IMG/VR virus record: IMGVR_UViG_3300042881_003198
Location: 56,335 to 76,334 of that record
DNA length: 20,000 nucleotides
Source: an uncultured virus (IMG/VR IMGVR_UViG_3300042881_003198)
Lineage: Duplodnaviria > Heunggongvirae > Uroviricota > Caudoviricetes
Strand: one strand, 5' to 3'
Positions within the stretch are counted from its first letter, which is position 1. Each line of letters starts with the position of its first letter. Position numbers and translations under genes: made by a program. Of this stretch, positions 15,707-20,000 are shown one piece after another. The notes below the pieces were generated by a model. The model saw only the letters and a list, made by a program, of their open reading frames with translations. It was not told where the DNA came from and did not search any database.

Positions 15707-15902
15707 AATCAGGTTTGTTATACTTAAGATATTCAAAAAAAGTAAGTTTCATTTCTTTCTGCGTCATACCACAGTGCTTTGCTGCCTGTGGAAGATTCAT
15801 TTTAGAATAAAAAAGTGCTTCATTTGCCTCCTTTACATTTTCAGGAGTCGTTTTAACTGGATTCTCCTTTAAGGATTTATAATCAATTTTATATAGATTC
15901 AT
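15693..15902 (-). CDS. Small hypothetical protein, possibly HTH (69 aa)
   Basis: ORF track; MNLPQAAKHCGMTQKEMK has an HTH-like pattern. Confidence 0.65.
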   Translation of the reverse strand: MNLYKIDYKSLKENPVKTTPENVKEANEALFYSKMNLPQAAKHCGMTQKEMKLTFFEYLKYNKPDYEIS

Positions 15903-16843
15903 CGAAACTCACACTCCACCATTATTTCAGTTAATGCTGCCAAAAGATTTATCTCCTGATCAACACAAAAAGCTGACTGATACTGATACTTAGCAATAAT
16001 GAGAACAGCAGCAGGAATAGATTGGGCAAGTAAATAATCATAAGAAGCGTCATAAATCCTACGAAGTAAGACCGGAGCATCATTATCAAGGTTGGAGACC
16101 ACCCACTTACGGACTTCTGTGAAATTCTTTTCTTTGAGATTCTTGATGAGTTCATTTACTGAAACGTCTGAGAAAGATGCAAGAATTCCAGTGTCAATTT
16201 TCCCACCAGTAGAATACCTTTGGCATTCATTAAGAACGCGACGAAAATCTGGAAAATGTTTTGAGACCAGTTCTGCAATGACCTTTTCATCATATTCAAT
16301 TCTTTCCGTATCCAAGATCGTTTGGAGACGTTTGAAGAATGCTCCAGCAAGTTGTTGCTTCTGCTTCCCTTTGATTGTGAAGTCGATGACGGCACAACGG
16401 GAATGGAGGGGTTCAATAATTTTGTTCTTGTAGTTACAGGTGAAGATGAATCTGCAGTTATTATAAAACGTCTCAATATTTGCCCGCAATAAGAGTTGAA
16501 CATCGGCGGTCGTGTTATCACTCTCATCCACAATGATGACTTTGTGCTTGTCATTTCCTTGAAGTGAGACGGTCGAAGCAAAGTTCTTTGCTTGGTTCCG
16601 TACAGTATCCAAGAAACGTCCTTCGTCGGATCCGTTAATGACATAATAATCTACTCCAAGTTCTTCACATAATGCTTTTGCTACTGTAGTTTTACCTACT
16701 CCTGGGGGTCCAGCAAGAAGGAGATTTGGGATTTCCCCCTTCTTAACAAAATCCAAAAATGTTTTTTTGATACCATCAGGAAGAATACAATCCTCAATTT
16801 TACGAGGACGATACTTTTCCACAAACAAAAAATCTTTACTCAT
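15899..16843 (-). CDS. gp44: Clamp loader AAA+ subunit (gp44)
   Basis: EKYRP, GPPGVGKTT, IVDESD, SRC and FPDFRR. Confidence 0.97.
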   Translation of the reverse strand: MSKDFLFVEKYRPRKIEDCILPDGIKKTFLDFVKKGEIPNLLLAGPPGVGKTTVAKALCEELGVDYYVINGSDEGRFLDTVRNQAKNFASTVSLQGNDKHKVIIVDESDNTTADVQLLLRANIETFYNNCRFIFTCNYKNKIIEPLHSRCAVIDFTIKGKQKQQLAGAFFKRLQTILDTERIEYDEKVIAELVSKHFPDFRRVLNECQRYSTGGKIDTGILASFSDVSVNELIKNLKEKNFTEVRKWVVSNLDNDAPVLLRRIYDASYDYLLAQSIPAAVLIIAKYQYQSAFCVDQEINLLAALTEIMVECEFR

Positions 16844-17292
16844 TAATAAACCTCATTTAATACATTCCAAATACTTCGTTGGTTTTTGCCCATAATATCA
16901 GCAATCTTTCTTTGAGACAATCCTTGCTCTGAAAGATTTTTAATTTTTTGCTTTATACCATCATCCATTTGCAATCTTCCTTTTTTGGGTTCTGGTCTTC
17001 CCAAATGAGACCTTCTTGTGTTTTCTGATCGGGGCAACCATCTTAGGTTTTCAACTTTATTGTTAGTTTTATTTTCATCAATATGATCTATACACCAATC
17101 CTTACCCTTTGGTTTTTTATCCCCCCAACATTCTACCACAAGTTGATGTAATCTTTTACTTCTAACATTAACATAACCATCTCGTTTATCAAGTCTTCCA
17201 ATAGGTTTCACATTTAGAATTTTACCACAAGCACTAACATAAATGTCAGGATAAGTTTTTGATTGTTTGTAAGTAATTCCGTCGAGTTCCAT
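16843..17292 (-). mobile_element. HNH homing endonuclease (I-HmuI/HNH_3-like) with C-terminal HTH
   Basis: RLHQLVVECW...IDHIDENKTNNKVENLRWL..SEN; GLSQRKIADIMG..QRSIWNVL. Confidence 0.88.
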
Positions 17293-17313
17293 TAGAAGAG
17301 TTATAACTAATGT

Positions 17314-17321
17314 TATTTATG
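17314..17321 (-). promoter_or_regulatory. T4-type late promoter variant CATAAATA for the HNH gene
   Basis: 21 nt upstream of ATG 17292. Confidence 0.65.
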
Positions 17322-17355
17322 TCCAAACGACATTTTGTGTAGTTTGGTTATAATC

Positions 17356-17610
17356 TCAATCTCTATGGACTTTCACTTTATGAATAGAAAATGCCAGGTC
17401 TGGTATCGGGCGTGATTCCCCATGTCTTTCCATATAAAAAATTAGAATTTCTTCTTCCCCTTCTTCATTTACACGAATGCCGGATTCAGTTTGTTTTTGA
17501 ATTTGTTTGTTTATTCCTTCCCAGCAATCATAGTCACCATTTTTGGTTGATTGTTTATCAAATACTGCTTGAATAGTTTCGGTCTGTTCTTGTGTTAATT
17601 TAAAAGTCAT
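17356..17610 (-). CDS. Hypothetical protein
   Basis: ORF track 17356..17622; the more likely start is ATG 17610 (MTFKLTQEQ). Confidence 0.65.
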   Translation of the reverse strand: MTFKLTQEQTETIQAVFDKQSTKNGDYDCWEGINKQIQKQTESGIRVNEEGEEEILIFYMERHGESRPIPDLAFSIHKVKVHRD

Positions 17611-17612
17611 AG

Positions 17613-17735
17613 TTAAATCCAATCAGGTTTTTTCAATTCAGAGGTAGGGACAACTTCCCACCATTCGTTCCCATCAAAAATATACAACTTATGTGTATTT
17701 TTGTCAAGGAAATAGTCACCTTTTTCGTATTTCAT
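17613..17735 (-). CDS. Small hypothetical protein (40 aa, MKYEKGDYFLDKNTHKLYIFDGNEWWEVVPTSELKKPDWI)
   Basis: Manual translation; ATGA overlap with the upstream ORF. Confidence 0.65.
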   Translation of the reverse strand: MKYEKGDYFLDKNTHKLYIFDGNEWWEVVPTSELKKPDWI

Positions 17736-17896
17736 ACCCATTCTGGACGCCTTTGAGAAATAGTTGATTTATCCAATCCCAATTCCCAACCCATAGCACA
17801 TTTGTTACAGGTTTCTCCAGTACACTCCCAACCACTATGACACTTTTCACATCCTTTACCTCCACATAAATTACAAACAGGATGACTATTATCCAT
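17732..17896 (-). CDS. Small Cys-rich protein (54 aa), possible zinc finger
   Basis: Manual translation: MDNSHPVCNLCGGKGCEKCHSGWECTGETCNKCAMGWELGLDKSTISQRRPEWV. Confidence 0.65.
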   Translation of the reverse strand: MDNSHPVCNLCGGKGCEKCHSGWECTGETCNKCAMGWELGLDKSTISQRRPEWV

Positions 17897-17899
17897 CAC

Positions 17900-18427
17900 T
17901 TAAATCCATTCTGGTTTACGTTCTGGCATACGAAGATAATTAGATGCAACCCAAGGTTTGGATGCAATATACATCTTGTAAGCAGTAAAAGTGTCAATGC
18001 TTGTGTCAAGTTTATACTCATCAGGCATTGCCCTCGTAAATTCTACCACATTTTTGTAGATGGAAATTTCTTTTCCACTTTTAGTGGCAAAGATATTCTC
18101 TGCAACTTCAAGACTTTTCATACAAGAGTGTTCTTTTTCATAACGATGCTGATACTCATTACAAAGTGCAAATCCGTGCCGAATCAACCAAGCAAGGTTC
18201 TCATGGGATTTTGCTGCCCATTGAGTACAGGGATGATTGCGGAAGGCACCCTTTTCAGTGTCATATGGAAGACCATCTTTCTTGGGAATGTATCCCCAAT
18301 CATAATACCATTTAGAGAAAATGATAGAAACCATCTGACAGGTCTCCAGAGGCATTTTCACAATATGCTTGTCTGGAAGTACCGCAGCAGAAAGCACAGG
18401 ACATTCATCAGTCACAAAAATGTTCAA
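17900..18427 (-). CDS. Pyrimidine-dimer DNA glycosylase (DenV/Pyr_excise)-like protein
   Basis: MNIF...LPDKHIVKMPLETCQM...NHPCTQWA...EYQHRY...AMPDEYK; TTG start with a GAGG SD. Confidence 0.7.
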   Translation of the reverse strand: MNIFVTDECPVLSAAVLPDKHIVKMPLETCQMVSIIFSKWYYDWGYIPKKDGLPYDTEKGAFRNHPCTQWAAKSHENLAWLIRHGFALCNEYQHRYEKEHSCMKSLEVAENIFATKSGKEISIYKNVVEFTRAMPDEYKLDTSIDTFTAYKMYIASKPWVASNYLRMPERKPEWI

Positions 18428-18429
18428 GG

Positions 18430-18522
18430 TTAGTTCCTCAAAGTTTTCTAATAATTAAATAATTGCTCCAACTCTTCTAGTGTAGAATATCTTTTGAGAA
18501 TGTTTGCTCTTCTAGAAACAAT
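18430..18522 (-). pseudogene. Remnant of an HNH endonuclease C terminus
   Basis: An intergenic frame reads IVSRRANILKRYSTLEELEQLFNY*KTLRN*, with no start codon and an internal stop. Confidence 0.55.
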
Positions 18523-18931
18523 ACTTTTGAATTACATACTTAACTTGTTCTGGTTTATCTTCCATCCAATAGGCTTCGTGTTCTATCTGTCTGGATGAGG
18601 TAGACATTCTAACAGATTTTTCAATATCTTGAAGTTTACTTTGTGGAAGAGGCATATCTTTTAATGGAATATAAAAAGGTTTATATCCTCTGCACATATG
18701 AGCAATATGAGTTGCTTCGTGATATACAGTCTCATTTACATAAAACTTGACATCATTTCCACTATGTTTAATGTTATTCGTACAAATAACTAATTTGTTA
18801 GTATTAACATATCCAAAAAAGTTTTTGTCCCTACAAAACCCAACATTTTCTTTAACTGAATACTTTGCACGAATAACATTTTGAATAATCTCACGACCTA
18901 TAGGAGTCAAATAAAGAAGAAATTCCATCAA
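18512..18931 (-). CDS. HExxH zincin-like protein (139 aa)
   Basis: ETVYHEATHIAH with a downstream EHEAY. Confidence 0.7.
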   Translation of the reverse strand: MMEFLLYLTPIGREIIQNVIRAKYSVKENVGFCRDKNFFGYVNTNKLVICTNNIKHSGNDVKFYVNETVYHEATHIAHMCRGYKPFYIPLKDMPLPQSKLQDIEKSVRMSTSSRQIEHEAYWMEDKPEQVKYVIQKYCF

Positions 18932-19614
18932 CCAAAAGTACTATCAGGTTCCAGAGCAATATAATAGCAGAGGTTATACTTTGTATTCTTGAACTGTGAC
19001 AGTAGTTTTTCTGACACAACCACATCATAAGATCCGGGAATGATCTTGATGTTCTCAACCTTGAAGTTGAAGGTAAATTCCTTGTTCGTTTCACCAACAA
19101 CGATGGAGTATTCGTTAGAAGTATCGTTTTTCTTGTCCCGAACCACCAGACGGATCACTCCTGCCTCACCGACCGCAGAAAGATCTGGAAGTTGATAAAC
19201 ACCTGCTGCCTTAACCAGTTTCTCCAGAGTTACACTATCAACTTGGAAACAAACGTCCTTTGAAGGCAGTTGGATCTCCTTTTCGGGAGGAGAAATAATC
19301 ACATTAGGATCGGCATAGAAATACTTCACCCTACGCTTACCTTCACGAATAGTGATGTAAGACTCTTCAGTAAAATCAAGATCGGGATCCTGATGAAGAC
19401 TAATACCATTTAGAAACTGGTTCAGATCATAAATGGCAAAATCGCGGGGGAATTCTTCGGTGATCTCTGCCTCTGCCAGAATGTTTTTGGCAACAGAAAT
19501 AGTACGAAGACGATTACCCTTTTTCACAAGAATTGAATTATTAATACCAGCAAAGTTCTTGAGAAGAGCACAGGTATTGTCAGAGAGTTTCATAGTTTTG
19601 TCTTGGATTTTCAT
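18928..19614 (-). CDS. gp45: Sliding clamp (gp45)
   Basis: MKLSDNT..LLKNFAGINNSIL...FAIYDLNQFL...YYIALEPDS. Start could be 19614 or 19593. Confidence 0.96.
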   Translation of the reverse strand: MKIQDKTMKLSDNTCALLKNFAGINNSILVKKGNRLRTISVAKNILAEAEITEEFPRDFAIYDLNQFLNGISLHQDPDLDFTEESYITIREGKRRVKYFYADPNVIISPPEKEIQLPSKDVCFQVDSVTLEKLVKAAGVYQLPDLSAVGEAGVIRLVVRDKKNDTSNEYSIVVGETNKEFTFNFKVENIKIIPGSYDVVVSEKLLSQFKNTKYNLCYYIALEPDSTFG

Positions 19615-19616
19615 AA

Positions 19617-19928
19617 TCAATATTGGTATTGGTCAGATTTGTTTTCGTGAAGACCAGCAAAATTATAAAGAAGAATGCAGTAATGAATTGCCTTCAAAAT
19701 ATCCATCTTAGATTTACCATTCTTCTTACCAAAGCGAGAAAGGTACTTGATTGCATTTGAACGGGTAAATGCTTCGGCATCACCAATACTTTCAATCAAA
19801 TCAAGAGTTTGAGTTTTGGATTGCTCAGAAGTATAATGAGAATAATAAGTGCTGGCAAGATACTCTTCAATTTCTTTCAGAGTCTTATCTTCGTTGTATT
19901 TCCAAAAATGATCTTTGCTATCTGCCAT
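19617..19928 (-). CDS. DUF3310-like conserved phage protein
   Basis: SHY...QTLDLIESIGDAEAFTRSNAIKYLSRFGKKNG...DILKAIHY. Confidence 0.75.
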   Translation of the reverse strand: MADSKDHFWKYNEDKTLKEIEEYLASTYYSHYTSEQSKTQTLDLIESIGDAEAFTRSNAIKYLSRFGKKNGKSKMDILKAIHYCILLYNFAGLHENKSDQYQY

Positions 19929-19931
19929 AGT

Positions 19932-19970
19932 AAAAATAAAATAAGGGGGAAGTCATAATTAACCTCCCCC
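19932..19970 (-). terminator. Intrinsic-terminator-like hairpin
   Basis: GGGGGAGGTTA-ATTA-TGACTTCCCCC followed by TTATTTTATTTTT. Confidence 0.65.
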
Positions 19971-19971
19971 A

Positions 19972-20000
19972 ATTATATCAGAATTGAGGTTGCTCGTCAA
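19972..20000 (-). promoter_or_regulatory. Sigma70-type early promoter TTGACG-N17-TATAAT
   Basis: -35 at 19995-20000, -10 at 19972-19977. Confidence 0.75.

Noticed and set aside
1..20000. CRISPR array, rRNA, IS/transposase or integrase; the remaining alternative-frame and antisense ORFs in the track
   Set aside because: I saw no regularly spaced repeats or such genes. The other ORFs overlap well-supported genes and show no recognisable motifs.

Overview
AT-rich segment of a T4-like myovirus that resembles cyanophages, covering the core DNA replication module. Almost all genes are on the minus strand. In transcription order they are: DUF3310-like protein, gp45 clamp, HExxH protein, DenV-like glycosylase, small ORFs, HNH endonuclease, gp44, Dam-type methylase, gp62, RegA, Hsp20, gp43 polymerase, HNH endonuclease, UvsX, AspH-like oxygenase, gp41 helicase, MazG, tRNA-Leu(UAG), a restriction-endonuclease-like ORF and a cytidyltransferase. 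The main result is that uvsX and gp41 are both fractured genes. Each is split into two ORFs carrying halves of a naturally split intein, with a free-standing MobE-like HNH endonuclease gene between the halves. The gp41 intein is atypically split (16-aa IntN, 125-aa IntC) inside the Walker A motif, and its endonuclease is antisense. The UvsX intein is conventionally split (95 aa plus 37 aa). The endonuclease genes have T4-type late promoter motifs, and the sense-strand ones have RNA structures that occlude the translation start; one of these looks like a small antisense RNA unit. Also seen: a ROSE-like thermometer before hsp20, an eroded HNH remnant, and three adjacent genes sharing a C-terminal motif. 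All family assignments come from motif recognition by eye; no database search was run.
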